Origin: a virus
Lineage: Duplodnaviria > Caudoviricetes
Virus record (IMG/VR): IMGVR_UViG_3300047576_000027
Coordinates: 1-64,000 of that record
Length of the DNA: 64,000 bases
Direction: 5' to 3' (one strand)
This document shows, piece after piece, positions 39,510-49,394 of this stretch. Every line of letters begins with the position of its first letter. The stretch's first letter is position 1. The position numbers were made by a program, and so were the translations under genes. Below the pieces are notes generated by a model. The model searched no databases. It was not told the DNA's origin and saw only the letters and a list, made by a program, of their open reading frames with translations.

Positions 39510-39725
39510 ATGGGAACAAAGCGCGGCCTGGTGACTGACCAGCCTGCTGTCCGGCAATGGTTAATGGAGAATCGCGGAGTTTTGTCGCGTATATCCAGAA
39601 GTGTCGAGCCGCCTGTGAGTCCGCAGTTTGTTCGGCTGGTGGCTTACGGGATTGGGTCGGTTCGGGCGGACCACCCGGTGCGAAGAGAGTTGCTGGCGGC
39701 CGGGTGGCCGGGGGTGTTGCCTTAA
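39510..39725 (+). CDS. Small HTH-like protein
   Basis: GVLSRISR....VSPQFVRLVAYG; heads the + operon. Confidence 0.5.
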   Translation: MGTKRGLVTDQPAVRQWLMENRGVLSRISRSVEPPVSPQFVRLVAYGIGSVRADHPVRRELLAAGWPGVLP

Positions 39726-40238
39726 ATGAGCGATGAATCGAAATCGTCAATTGCGTGGGTTTGTGGCATCTTTTGCGCCTTGTTTTCTGCCTTTTTAGTG
39801 ACAACTGGAAGCGTTCCCGGGTGCGTAGCTTTTGGGCTTTTTTCACTTGGTTTTTTCCTGCAATCGGCAGCGTATACGATCAAGGGGAGAGACTAAATGA
39901 TCGAAATTGGCCCTCAACTGAAAGAACTGAGAGGTAAGGAAATGAAGAAGGAAACGACCGTCATTACTGGTAGAATTTTCAGAGTCTTTTTTGAGAACAT
40001 CTACCGGCCAAACCCTCAGGAAACGCCTGATTCAATTCTCTCCTGCGTGGTGATAGCGGATACTACCGAAGATGCCATTCGTAAAGTTCATGATGCTTTT
40101 CCGGGAGAAGAAATTAACAGCGTCAACCTTGACACGGATTATCAATGGGAGGAGCAGGGCAAGAGGCCACGGGGAAAGACGGTCATTTTCTGATGACCGT
40201 CATCAAGTTGTCCATTCTCGACCGGCTCCGGTGACCCC

Positions 40239-41423
40239 ATGCGCCCCCTGAAATTCCGAAAACTGTCCACACCGCTGCTTATAATCGGGGACAACCCGGC
40301 TTTCCTGGGCGGACTCTCGCGGATCGGCAGGGATATCGCCACGCTGGCCTGTACGATGCCGGAGTTCAGGATTGGCTATCTCGGGCGAGGATGCGGAAAC
40401 ACGCGACGGTTCCCGTTCGTTACCTACAACTTTCCGGAAGGCGACAACTGGGGAGAGAATCGGATTGAAGGCGTCTGGAAGGATTTCTCGAACGGGGTTG
40501 ATGGTGTCATCCTCACGACCGACGATCTGTCCCGGCGCGGATGGTTCGCGAACCCCCCAATGTACGGCACGCTGGCGAATTTTTTAGGCGAGGGCCGGTC
40601 ATTTCAGAAGTGGGCGTACACGCCCCTTGATTCATGCGGTCCAAACGGGTCAACGCTTGGAGTAGAAACCAGAATGACGGCGATGGGGTATGACCGCATT
40701 CTGACCCCTTCGGAGTGGGGGCGGGACGTTCTGATTCGGAGCGGCAGGCCGGATGCGGACTGGCTGCCTCATGGCCTGTTTATGGATGTATTTGCCATTG
40801 ACCCCAAGCCCCACGAAAAGATCGGATGGAATCCCGATGATGTCCATGTTGGGTTCGTCGCCAGCAATCAGGCACGTAAGGACTTCCCGGTCGCATTTGA
40901 GACGGCAGCACATCTGAAAGAGAAGTACGGGAACAGGTTCCATCTGTGGGTGCATACAGACACTCCCGTAAGATACTGGAACATTTATGCCCTCGCCGCT
41001 GATTATGGCGTTAACAGTTGCCTGATTCTCACCACGGACATGAATGATGCGGAACTGGCACTGAGGTATGCGGCCTGTGATTGTACAATTTTGCCGAGTG
41101 CAGGCGAGGGGTTCGGATACACCATCGCGGAGTCACTCGCCTGCGGAACCGCCTGCGTAGTGACAGATTATGCCGCCGGCCAGGAAATTGTCGAAGAGTC
41201 CTGCCGGGTCAAGCCGGTCACATTCCGGGTAGACACAATCTATAACGTCCAGCGTGCCGTGTTGTCAGGCTGGGGGTTCGCCGCCGCCGCTTACGGCCAG
41301 ATTGAGGAAAAACGAAAGGACCGCGAGTATCGGTCAGAGCAGTTACGGGAGAGCGTGGCGCACCTCCGTTGGGAGCGGTTGAAGTATCCGTGGATGAAGT
41401 GGCTGAGGCAGGGACTGAAATGA
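40239..41423 (+). CDS. GT4 glycosyltransferase
   Basis: GGLSR, LPHG, VGFVASNQARKDFP, YAACD..ILPSAGEGFGYTIAESLACG..VVTDY. Confidence 0.9.
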   Translation: MRPLKFRKLSTPLLIIGDNPAFLGGLSRIGRDIATLACTMPEFRIGYLGRGCGNTRRFPFVTYNFPEGDNWGENRIEGVWKDFSNGVDGVILTTDDLSRRGWFANPPMYGTLANFLGEGRSFQKWAYTPLDSCGPNGSTLGVETRMTAMGYDRILTPSEWGRDVLIRSGRPDADWLPHGLFMDVFAIDPKPHEKIGWNPDDVHVGFVASNQARKDFPVAFETAAHLKEKYGNRFHLWVHTDTPVRYWNIYALAADYGVNSCLILTTDMNDAELALRYAACDCTILPSAGEGFGYTIAESLACGTACVVTDYAAGQEIVEESCRVKPVTFRVDTIYNVQRAVLSGWGFAAAAYGQIEEKRKDREYRSEQLRESVAHLRWERLKYPWMKWLRQGLK

Positions 41424-42871
41424 GTTGCACAAAACCGAGGTTTTTCTATCCTGATCTCCCATGCTTGCTCCCCGATGGCCATATTGGGCCTTGCCACGTC
41501 CCAGGTAATACACCGAGTGCTGTTGTTGCCAGTCCCGAGCCCGTTCCATATGACGGTAATGCAGAAACTCACGGCCATACTGGTCCAGAATACGCACGCG
41601 TCGCGCTTCCTTCCAGCGTCCAGTTAGACCACCTGGAAGAAATCTGCGCCCTCTACGACAAGGCTTTTGGCGACTACCCGGAGCATGCCCATGAAGGAGA
41701 TTACGTCTTTCGGTTTATAAAAGCAGTCGTAGCGGCAGAGTCTGTCGGAGAAATTGACTACGCTGATCCGGATGCCACGATGAACATCATGCGGTCGATT
41801 GCCAACAGTCTGTTCTATGAATAACAATTCCACTCACATCATCCGCCACTACGCCGCGAAATTCGGACCCGACAAGCGTCCGTCCATCAGCCAGCTTTAC
41901 AGGTCCAATGATCAGATGGTCATCGGTATCCGTGAAGGCGTGAAAGTCGCATGGGGCGAAGACCCCAAAGCACAACAGGGCCGCGCTTTCGCCAGCGAAG
42001 AAGCGGCACTGAAGTTTTTAAGGCGAATCGCGGACCTCGATCAGGGTGTCCGCAAAGGGCACGTCTGCAAAGCCTGCGGATTCGCCCCGGCGGAACTCAT
42101 GGTGTGCCCGGAGAATAACGACGGGGCACACCGGATCGACCACGATCCTTCGGCGCGGATTGAAGAGATTGACGGGGAGTCGCGGGTGGCGAGGTTGAAT
42201 TGAAATGTGGTGGCCGAATAAAATTCCAGAAGCTCGAATATCGGCATCTTCACAGCCGGAATATCGTCCTCCCGATTTTAGGGATTTAATAAGGCAGTTC
42301 GGGACGCGGAATGACATCAATCGGTTGATGGCGATCTTTGTCATCACTGGTGAATCAATTCCTGGATTCAGCATCTCGGAGAGTCAGGTAATTTGTGATT
42401 GCTATTTCGTCTCAGCGTGCGGTGCGCTTGCACTCGTTGGTGACCTTTGGAAAGACAAATTCAGGCCAGTCAAGTGACTATCGAGATTGTCCGGATCACA
42501 ATGGGTGACCGTCGTGAAGCGTAAGTGGATTTCCGAAGATGAGATGCGCGCATTTATGCGTATTGCCGTGGAGCGGGAATGGGGGGACTGAACCGTATCG
42601 CGGTTACGAATTCAAAGGGATTGGATGGTGGTCGGTGGATTGTTCTTTTCGCGCTTATGCCTACATGCATAACTCTCCGCTCCACCCGTGCGACATGATG
42701 TATGTCGATTGTGTCGTGGATGACTGGACGGATTATAGACATTATGGTGAAGCAGTCGCGGCGAATACCGTAGCGAGCCTAAAGCGGCTGATCGACAAGG
42801 CCCACGACGATCCCACGAGTTTCAAGCCGACGAAGCTGGCCTCGTCACATATGGTCGAGTATGCGGATTGA
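41420..42871 (+). CDS. Four hypothetical ORFs inside the glyco operon
   Basis: 41420-41824, 41817-42203, 42205-42477, 42539-42871. Confidence 0.5.
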
Positions 42872-43586
42872 ACCCTGCTCCGTCATCTGCGCAGGCAAAG
42901 GCCCCTGGCTTCCCGGTCGCGGACGCCTGCGCTTAATCCACAACGAAGACAACCGCATGACGCCGTGTCAGGCTTACCAGAAGGCACTCAATCAGACCAA
43001 GGCGGAGGTGCTGGTGATGATTCATGAGGACGTGACGATCAGAGATCCGCATTGGTTGGCGATGATCCACGATCTGTTCGTGCCGATCTTTGACACTGGT
43101 GACCCCCGAGAGCCTAACCCGATAGTCGCGGCCGGGCTGGGGGGTGGAACGTCGCTGGGACGTCCTGATCTGTACCGGAAACCATTCAATATCTGGAACC
43201 TGGCACGCGGGGGATATGCGAGTAATCAGTCCGATGCCGAGGTTCACGGTGAGCGTTTTACTGGCGTAAAACGAGTTGCAGTGCTGGATGCTTTCGTCAT
43301 GGCGGTGCGGGTTGAGTGGTTGCGGCGGCGGGGCGGCTGGCCAGTAGATAATCTGACCTTTCACTGCCTGGACCTTTGGCTGGCCTGTGAGGTTGCGCGG
43401 GATGATAAGGAGATTTGGATGTACGGAGCGGATTGCACGCACCACGGCGGCGGGGTGAGCGTGACGGATAAATATAAAGATGCCGGGTGGCTACAGGGAG
43501 GAACGCTTTCGGAGGATCATTTGGCTCCGCACCGGTGGTTGGCGAATGTGTACCGCGACGTTTTGCCGATTGAGGTAAAGCGATGA
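42861..43586 (+). CDS. GT-A (GT2-like) glycosyltransferase
   Basis: AYQKAL...LVMIHEDV, VAVLDAFVMA, FHCLDL.LA, H.GG. Confidence 0.75.
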   Translation: MRIEPCSVICAGKGPWLPGRGRLRLIHNEDNRMTPCQAYQKALNQTKAEVLVMIHEDVTIRDPHWLAMIHDLFVPIFDTGDPREPNPIVAAGLGGGTSLGRPDLYRKPFNIWNLARGGYASNQSDAEVHGERFTGVKRVAVLDAFVMAVRVEWLRRRGGWPVDNLTFHCLDLWLACEVARDDKEIWMYGADCTHHGGGVSVTDKYKDAGWLQGGTLSEDHLAPHRWLANVYRDVLPIEVKR

Positions 43587-44329
43587 CTAATATCGTAATC
43601 GTCAGCCGCGGCCGGATAAATCTGCTTCGCCAAACCATTGAGTCCCTGTCCAAAAACACGGACAAGAATACATTCACGCTAACCATAGTTTCCGACGAGG
43701 GCGCGGATGGCGACTTTCGATGTACCAGATACTTGCAGTCGCTGAACCGCAAGCACGTCTCGATCCTGGAGGTCCAGAATTCCGGTCATGTGCTGGCGCA
43801 ATTGAAAAACCTCGGGGCTTATTATTCTGAGCAGAGATTCGGGCGCGCGGACTGGTTGTATTTGAGTGACTCGGACGTTTACTTTCTTCCCGGATGGATG
43901 GACCAGTTGACCACTTTAGCCGTCCACAGCGAATGGGACGGATTTAAGTTGTGGGGCGGCCAAGTTCATCCATTTCATCATCCTCAGGAGGGCGGATCAT
44001 GGTGTCTGGCTCTACGATGCAGGTATGCCGCCGCGCAACAGCTGCACGATCTCACTATGTATGATTATTCCGTCCTCGACGGCCCCTCGTGGCTGATGCG
44101 ATGGTCAACGTGGGACTCAATTGGCCCGCTATCGCGTACCTGCGCCCTTGGCGCCTGCCAGTCCGAAGACGCCGAATGGTGTTCGCGGCTTGTTGCTTCC
44201 GGCGGCCGCATCGGCGTAATTCAGCCTCATGTAGTGATTCACACCGGCCTAGCTAATTCAAATGGCGATCCCGCCCCCGGCTTTGCCGAACGTCGCGCGC
44301 TGATACCCCCCGGAGTACTTGCAGAATGA
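43583..44329 (+). CDS. GT2 glycosyltransferase
   Basis: IVIVSRGR..LL.QTIESL, IVSD, KNLG, LSDSDVYFLPGW, SEDAEW..R. Confidence 0.85.
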   Translation: MTNIVIVSRGRINLLRQTIESLSKNTDKNTFTLTIVSDEGADGDFRCTRYLQSLNRKHVSILEVQNSGHVLAQLKNLGAYYSEQRFGRADWLYLSDSDVYFLPGWMDQLTTLAVHSEWDGFKLWGGQVHPFHHPQEGGSWCLALRCRYAAAQQLHDLTMYDYSVLDGPSWLMRWSTWDSIGPLSRTCALGACQSEDAEWCSRLVASGGRIGVIQPHVVIHTGLANSNGDPAPGFAERRALIPPGVLAE

Positions 44330-44880
44330 CCTTTGGCTCCGTAATGCAGTTCACCCGAAAAATATCCAGTCCGACCGCATTTGAAGACGAGGAATGCATG
44401 GCATACTACCATCTGCTGTGTTCGCTGGCGAGCGGGTCATCGATTCTGGAAATCGGACTTCAGTTCGGGCGATCATCGTCCATCGCATTGCAGGTTGCGG
44501 CGCATAACGACCTGGAGTACTACGGGGTGGACCCGTTTACCGATCCGCCGGAAGCGAAAGATGCGTGGGTCGCAATGGCTGGGTCTGTCAGCGACTGGCG
44601 ATCCGTGTCGTATACGAAATCTGCCGATGTGAATCCTAACTGGTGGCCCCAGTCCATCGGTCTCGCCCTGATCGACGGTGATCATTCCGCAACTGGCGTG
44701 CGAACAGACTGCAATCTCGTTATGCCGCGCATCACACCTCGCGGGTACATATGCTTCCACGACTACGGCCGGGATTCGCTACCGGATGTTTTCGCAACCG
44801 TGAATGAGATGATGATCGGGACGCCGTTCTGGCACGTCGCTACGGTCGGAACTTTGGGGATTTGGCAGAGGAATGCTTAG
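44326..44880 (+). CDS. Class I SAM methyltransferase (Methyltransf_24-like)
   Basis: ILEIGLQFGRSS, YGVDPF, LIDGDHS...V..D, ICFHDY. Confidence 0.88.
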   Translation: MTFGSVMQFTRKISSPTAFEDEECMAYYHLLCSLASGSSILEIGLQFGRSSSIALQVAAHNDLEYYGVDPFTDPPEAKDAWVAMAGSVSDWRSVSYTKSADVNPNWWPQSIGLALIDGDHSATGVRTDCNLVMPRITPRGYICFHDYGRDSLPDVFATVNEMMIGTPFWHVATVGTLGIWQRNA

Positions 44881-45499
44881 ACTGAATTGCGGATCCGGGC
44901 AAAGACGCTTCGGGTTTCCGCGTCTTCGCGTAACGGAAGAACACCCGTGCGAACTTTGCAGAGAAACAAAAGCGTGGCATCGCGAGCCGGTGAGTCGGCC
45001 AGCTTTCCCCCATCGCTACGTCCCCGGTGGCCCCAATGCCTGGGTGAACGTTGACATCAACCCGCGATGGAAGCCGGATATCGTGGCAGACTGCGCGTCC
45101 ATGCCGATGTTCGCGGACGGAAGTGCGGAATTGATTGTGGCGCATCATCAGGCAGAGCATATGCCCCTGGACGGGTCAAAGACATTTTTTACTGAATGCC
45201 ACCGGATACTCGCACCGGATGCGTCACTCCTGATTTTCGTTCCCGATCTAACGGCACTCGTAAAGGCATGGTCTGAGAGCCGCATCAGCGACTACATTTT
45301 CTGCGTTAATCTTCACGGTGCATTTATGGGTGCTGATGCTGACATTCATAAATGGTCATTCACCGCCAGGACGCTCAAAGAACATCTGTTGAAGTCTGCC
45401 CCGTGGTCAGAGGTTAAGCCTTTCGACTGGCGGAAGATTCCGGGGGCAGACATCGCGGGTCCGGATTTTTGGATTCTGGCTATCGAAGCGGTGAAGTGA
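44873..45499 (+). CDS. Class I SAM methyltransferase (Methyltransf_11-like)
   Basis: LRLNCGSG, WVNVD, PDIVAD...PMFADGS, EH, ECHRIL.P, VPD, H...F; ~40-aa insertion after motif I. Confidence 0.85.
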   Translation: MLRLNCGSGQRRFGFPRLRVTEEHPCELCRETKAWHREPVSRPAFPHRYVPGGPNAWVNVDINPRWKPDIVADCASMPMFADGSAELIVAHHQAEHMPLDGSKTFFTECHRILAPDASLLIFVPDLTALVKAWSESRISDYIFCVNLHGAFMGADADIHKWSFTARTLKEHLLKSAPWSEVKPFDWRKIPGADIAGPDFWILAIEAVK

Positions 45500-45567
45500 T
45501 CACAGCCGGAAACGGTGTGGCTCAAGGATGTGGATTCGCAAGCGGTTGATTGCCGACCTGGGGAGTA

Positions 45568-46199
45568 TCACTCGCACTGAATGGTGTTCTGGTTGAACTT
45601 CTTCTTTTCACACGCCTTCGCACCATCTTCGTAGGCTTTGTTCAATTCAGCCGCCGCGGAGTCATACTGGGCTTTGGCGATAAAGTAGTTGCGCTGCGCA
45701 ATGGCGATGGACGTTCGTATCTTATCCGGAATCACCGGCAACGCTTCTTTGGTTTCCTGAGCGAACAAAAGAGAACCGAGGAAAAGAAGGCAGAGTATGC
45801 GCATTATTTCATTACCAGCCCAGCGGCTTTCCGCGTCGACGTCGCTACGAGATCCTCAACCGTGAAAGATGTATTCGTGACCGGGCCACCGAGGTTAACC
45901 AGCACGCCCGTGTAGCCTTCCGGGTTATCCAGCCTGCCCGTCACTCCGGAAATGGTTCTGACGGTTCCGTCCGCAAGCGTGCCGGTTACAGAATACGCAT
46001 ATCCAAGGACGGCCGAATTCTGCGTTCCGATCAGGAGAATATATTGCTCATTGCCGGGGACGAAGCCGTTGCAAAGTCCTTGGGGGGGCACTGCTGACTC
46101 ACACAGTTGCCACGGACCAGCGGCTATAAGGACCATATCGGAATTTTGGGAGATCGCGGGACTTGCAGCGATAAAAAGAAGGGAGACAATGGTTTTCAT
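45568..46199 (-). CDS. Two small secreted proteins downstream of the tail fibre (45804-46199; 45568-45804 coiled coil, chaperone-like)
   Basis: Signal peptides MKTIVSLLFIAASPAIS-Q and MRILCLLFLGSLLFA-Q; each mature part has two Cys. Confidence 0.65.
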
Positions 46200-46206
46200 G
46201 AATTAA

Positions 46207-46235
46207 AACCTATTCTTTTTCGCGATGCATGTCAA
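46207..46235 (-). promoter_or_regulatory. Sigma70-type promoter
   Basis: TTGACA-17-TAGGTT, 7 nt before ATG 46199. Confidence 0.55.
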
Positions 46236-46252
46236 GGGTAATCTGAGTCTTT

Positions 46253-48496
46253 TTACGGGCAAATATTAACCACGCTGGAGTTGTTTATCAGGGAACCGGT
46301 GGGTAACCCCGAGCAAGACGTGGGGAGCGATCCCATCTGAACTTTCCCGACTGTATGCAATGCGTTCCCCGTACTTGTGTTCTGCCCGTATACCGCATCG
46401 CCCGTACTGGAAGAGAGTCCGCTCAGGCCGTTGCCAGTACCAGTCTGGACCACAGCAAACCCCGATCCTGCCGTTGCGAGCGTAACCGCGATGCCTGCAT
46501 TGGCCGAGAGCGCAATACCAGATCCGGATTGCTGGATGTTGATTCCCTCCGTGGAATTATTGACCGTCACGGTTTCAAGTCCCGTTATTTGAGTTGCGCC
46601 CGTTATGTTGGTGGCCCCCGCAACAAGACTGCCATTTATCGTTACGCCAGACTGGAACGTCGCCCCGCCAGCGCTGTTAAGGTTGGCCGTACCGCTGGGA
46701 CCAAACGTGAGCGGGCCGCCGACCAGATTTGCAGATTCGGTATACAGGTTATTGAAATAGTGGGATGCGTCCCCCAAGGTTGTGTTGGCCGTCACTGGAG
46801 TGATCTCGCTGGCACCGCTGCCGGTCAGGGTAATATTCGGCCCAAACGTCGGACTATCCAACGGCCCGACATTTTGCAGATGGGTTCCGGAAAGCGTTCC
46901 TGATACAGATAATGCCGCCAGCGATGTGGCCCCAGGGGTAACGGTGAGACTCGTGAACGTTGGCGTGTTGCCGCCAGTGACAACACACGCCCATGCGGTC
47001 CCGTTAAATACGCGCAGGCACGACAGCGAATCATCCCAGTACAACATGCCCTGCACCAGTCCCTCGCCCCAACTCAGAGGGTTTGTGACGTAGGCAATCG
47101 TAGATGTGATATTCCCGCAACACCAGCCGACGAACGCCCCGCTGATGTGGTTGCTGACAGGGGCGACCGTCAATGGAACGGTGAGACTGCCGATGGTGTA
47201 AGATCCGGCTACGGTAACACTTTCCGGAGAACTGTCCTCAAACGTTATCTGTACGCCGGGGGCAAGGCCGCCAGCGTTATTAACCAGCATGGACGTACTC
47301 ACGCCCCCGGTGAGCGCGCCGGTAATTTTCGCACTTGCGGGAGGTCCCGCTGAATGCCCGACGTCTACGTGACCACCGAGGTAAGCATCGGCACCAATAG
47401 TTCCCGTCGTCGTTATGGTGCCAGCCGGATAAAGAACACCGCCGACGTAACTGTTCGATGTGATCCCGCCATAGTTGGTGATGGCATCGTAGTATTTGCT
47501 GTCGGTCGCGTACCCCCCGCGAAAGAAGGCATAGCCGTTTGAATTGAATCCGTAAATGGACTCTACAGGGAGAGGCTTCGTGCATCCGGATTGCCCCTCA
47601 TCCTGCCAGGTAAGTCCGCCATCGCTCGTTGTTCCGCCAGAATCGTTAAACGTCGGGATGGCAGCCCCGGAGAGTCCTGTTCCGGTCGCCTGCTGTATGT
47701 GGCCGGCCGGGTCAACAATTTGAAACTGGATCGGATAAATAGTCGATGCGGCCCAGTTCGGAGACATCACGGGAGACGTACCGGACCATAGCACGGTGTC
47801 AGTCGGGCCAAAAGTCCCGATTGGCTGAGTCACAATGTTGTGCCCGAGCGTGTCATAACAAATATCAGCGGGCAGAGCCGGATTCGGATTATACAGCGTG
47901 GGTGGAATCACCAGCACGTCTTCAAACGACGGAGTTGTCGGATCGAACGCGGTCAGTGCTCCCCATGTAATCGGACTCGGTATGCCGCCTCCACTGGCTT
48001 TCACGTCGTACGGCCCGTTATCGGGATAGAAATACCAATAGCCTGTGGGACTGGCCGTGAATGGGTTCGTCAGGATGGTTCCGTTATTATCAGAAAAGAT
48101 CGCCGCTGGGGCGTTCACTGGCATGGAGTAGGAAACGTCCGTCTGGACGCCCGCGCTGGCGGTGATATTGAGCGTCGTGGGCGACGTGACGGAAGATATA
48201 GTGTAGGGTGTTCCGGAGATTGTGATCTGAAGATTGGACCATTCTCCGCTGGTGTTGAATGTGCCGCTGCTGGTTAAGGTAACGGTCGTGCCAGATGTCG
48301 AGACCGTGCCGGTTAAGCCGCCAGCGTAAAACACCGAGAGACTGCAAGAGGGGTAGCTCTGCTGCACCTTTGTCACCGACTGCACTCCGGACGTCACCAC
48401 CACCTGGCCACCCTGTGTACAGTAGCCTGAAACGCGGGCACGGGCGAAAAGAGACGGGGCGAGAATCAAAAACAGCAAGGCTACGCGCTTCAGCAT
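46253..48496 (-). CDS. Tail-fibre-like protein with signal peptide
   Basis: Signal peptide MLKRVALLFLILAPSLFA; AIFSDNNG..TNPFTA..TGYWYFY.DNGPYDV (fibre N-terminal attachment-type motif); WAASTIY..DGGLTW module; GMLYWDD..LRVFNGTAW; end LPTSCSGLPTG.L.NNS.VV.ICP. Confidence 0.75.
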   Translation of the reverse strand: MLKRVALLFLILAPSLFARARVSGYCTQGGQVVVTSGVQSVTKVQQSYPSCSLSVFYAGGLTGTVSTSGTTVTLTSSGTFNTSGEWSNLQITISGTPYTISSVTSPTTLNITASAGVQTDVSYSMPVNAPAAIFSDNNGTILTNPFTASPTGYWYFYPDNGPYDVKASGGGIPSPITWGALTAFDPTTPSFEDVLVIPPTLYNPNPALPADICYDTLGHNIVTQPIGTFGPTDTVLWSGTSPVMSPNWAASTIYPIQFQIVDPAGHIQQATGTGLSGAAIPTFNDSGGTTSDGGLTWQDEGQSGCTKPLPVESIYGFNSNGYAFFRGGYATDSKYYDAITNYGGITSNSYVGGVLYPAGTITTTGTIGADAYLGGHVDVGHSAGPPASAKITGALTGGVSTSMLVNNAGGLAPGVQITFEDSSPESVTVAGSYTIGSLTVPLTVAPVSNHISGAFVGWCCGNITSTIAYVTNPLSWGEGLVQGMLYWDDSLSCLRVFNGTAWACVVTGGNTPTFTSLTVTPGATSLAALSVSGTLSGTHLQNVGPLDSPTFGPNITLTGSGASEITPVTANTTLGDASHYFNNLYTESANLVGGPLTFGPSGTANLNSAGGATFQSGVTINGSLVAGATNITGATQITGLETVTVNNSTEGINIQQSGSGIALSANAGIAVTLATAGSGFAVVQTGTGNGLSGLSSSTGDAVYGQNTSTGNALHTVGKVQMGSLPTSCSGLPTGSLINNSSVVNICP

Positions 48497-48498
48497 AC

Positions 48499-48527
48499 TT
48501 GCATTTTATGATACGCGCGGGTATGCT
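48499..48527. promoter_or_regulatory. Overlapping divergent promoters
   Basis: + strand: TTGCAT-17-TATGCT. - strand: TAAAAT 6 nt before ATG 48496. Confidence 0.6.
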
Positions 48528-48680
48528 CAGAAAAGCACATGGATTCTAAACTTGTAAAACCACTAAAGAGACCCCCGCGAAAGATCATCGATCTGATCGC
48601 CATGAAGGTTTCCGAATGGGCCGGGACGGCTGATGGCGATGTAACGGATACCGAGTTTCGGGATGACGGGGTGACTCCTG

Positions 48681-49394
48681 ATGCCTGAATCCGTGCCGGT
48701 CGTAATCGTCACTCGGAACAACCTGCATCTCACAAAACGCACGCTGAAATCCGTGCTGGAGCAGGACGTCCCGGTGGAAGTCCTCGTCGTAGAGAATGAC
48801 TCCAGCGACGGAACTGCGCAGTACCTGGCGACCAAGCATATTACCGTCATCCACACCCAGGAGCAGTGGGCGTTGGCGAAGTGCTGGAATGTGGCGTTGC
48901 AGTGTTTGTGGAAGGCGGGGTGGAAACGGGCACTGGTTCTAAACAACGACTGCGAAGTCGCCCCCTGTACCGCAAGAGTTCTCTCGGCAATGAACTGGCC
49001 GTTTGTAACCTGCGTCAGCGTTAATTCGGAGGAGCAATTCAACCGCGAACCGGAAATTGATTTAGACAGACTTAGGGCTACTGCGCGACCCCATCCGGAT
49101 TACAGTTGCTGGATGATCCGCAAAGAGGTCACAGACAAAAACATCTGGTTTAACGAGGAATGCTTTCCCGGATATTGTGAGGATTCATACCATCATAAAT
49201 CTCTTCACGATACTGGAATAACGGCCCGATGCATTGATTTGGCGTTCCTGCACCACGGAGCATCCACACTCAAACACGCCACCCCCCGCGAAGCCCGTAT
49301 CATCCGCGAGGGTGCCGACCGGAACCGGCAGAGGTTTAAGGCAAAATACGGATGCTTGCCCGGTACGCCTGCCTATGAGGCGCTATTCGCGTGA
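48681..49394 (+). CDS. GT2 glycosyltransferase
   Basis: VVIVTRN..LT...L.SVL.Q, VVENDSSDGT, WN.AL, VLNND, FNEE.FPGYCED, H.GAST. Confidence 0.9.
   Translation: MPESVPVVIVTRNNLHLTKRTLKSVLEQDVPVEVLVVENDSSDGTAQYLATKHITVIHTQEQWALAKCWNVALQCLWKAGWKRALVLNNDCEVAPCTARVLSAMNWPFVTCVSVNSEEQFNREPEIDLDRLRATARPHPDYSCWMIRKEVTDKNIWFNEECFPGYCEDSYHHKSLHDTGITARCIDLAFLHHGASTLKHATPREARIIREGADRNRQRFKAKYGCLPGTPAYEALFA

Noticed and set aside
40239-45499. Host LPS/capsule locus (end of prophage)
   Set aside because: Interspersed with phage-type small ORFs, flanked on both sides by virion-type genes, and lacking flippase, polymerase and sugar-synthesis genes
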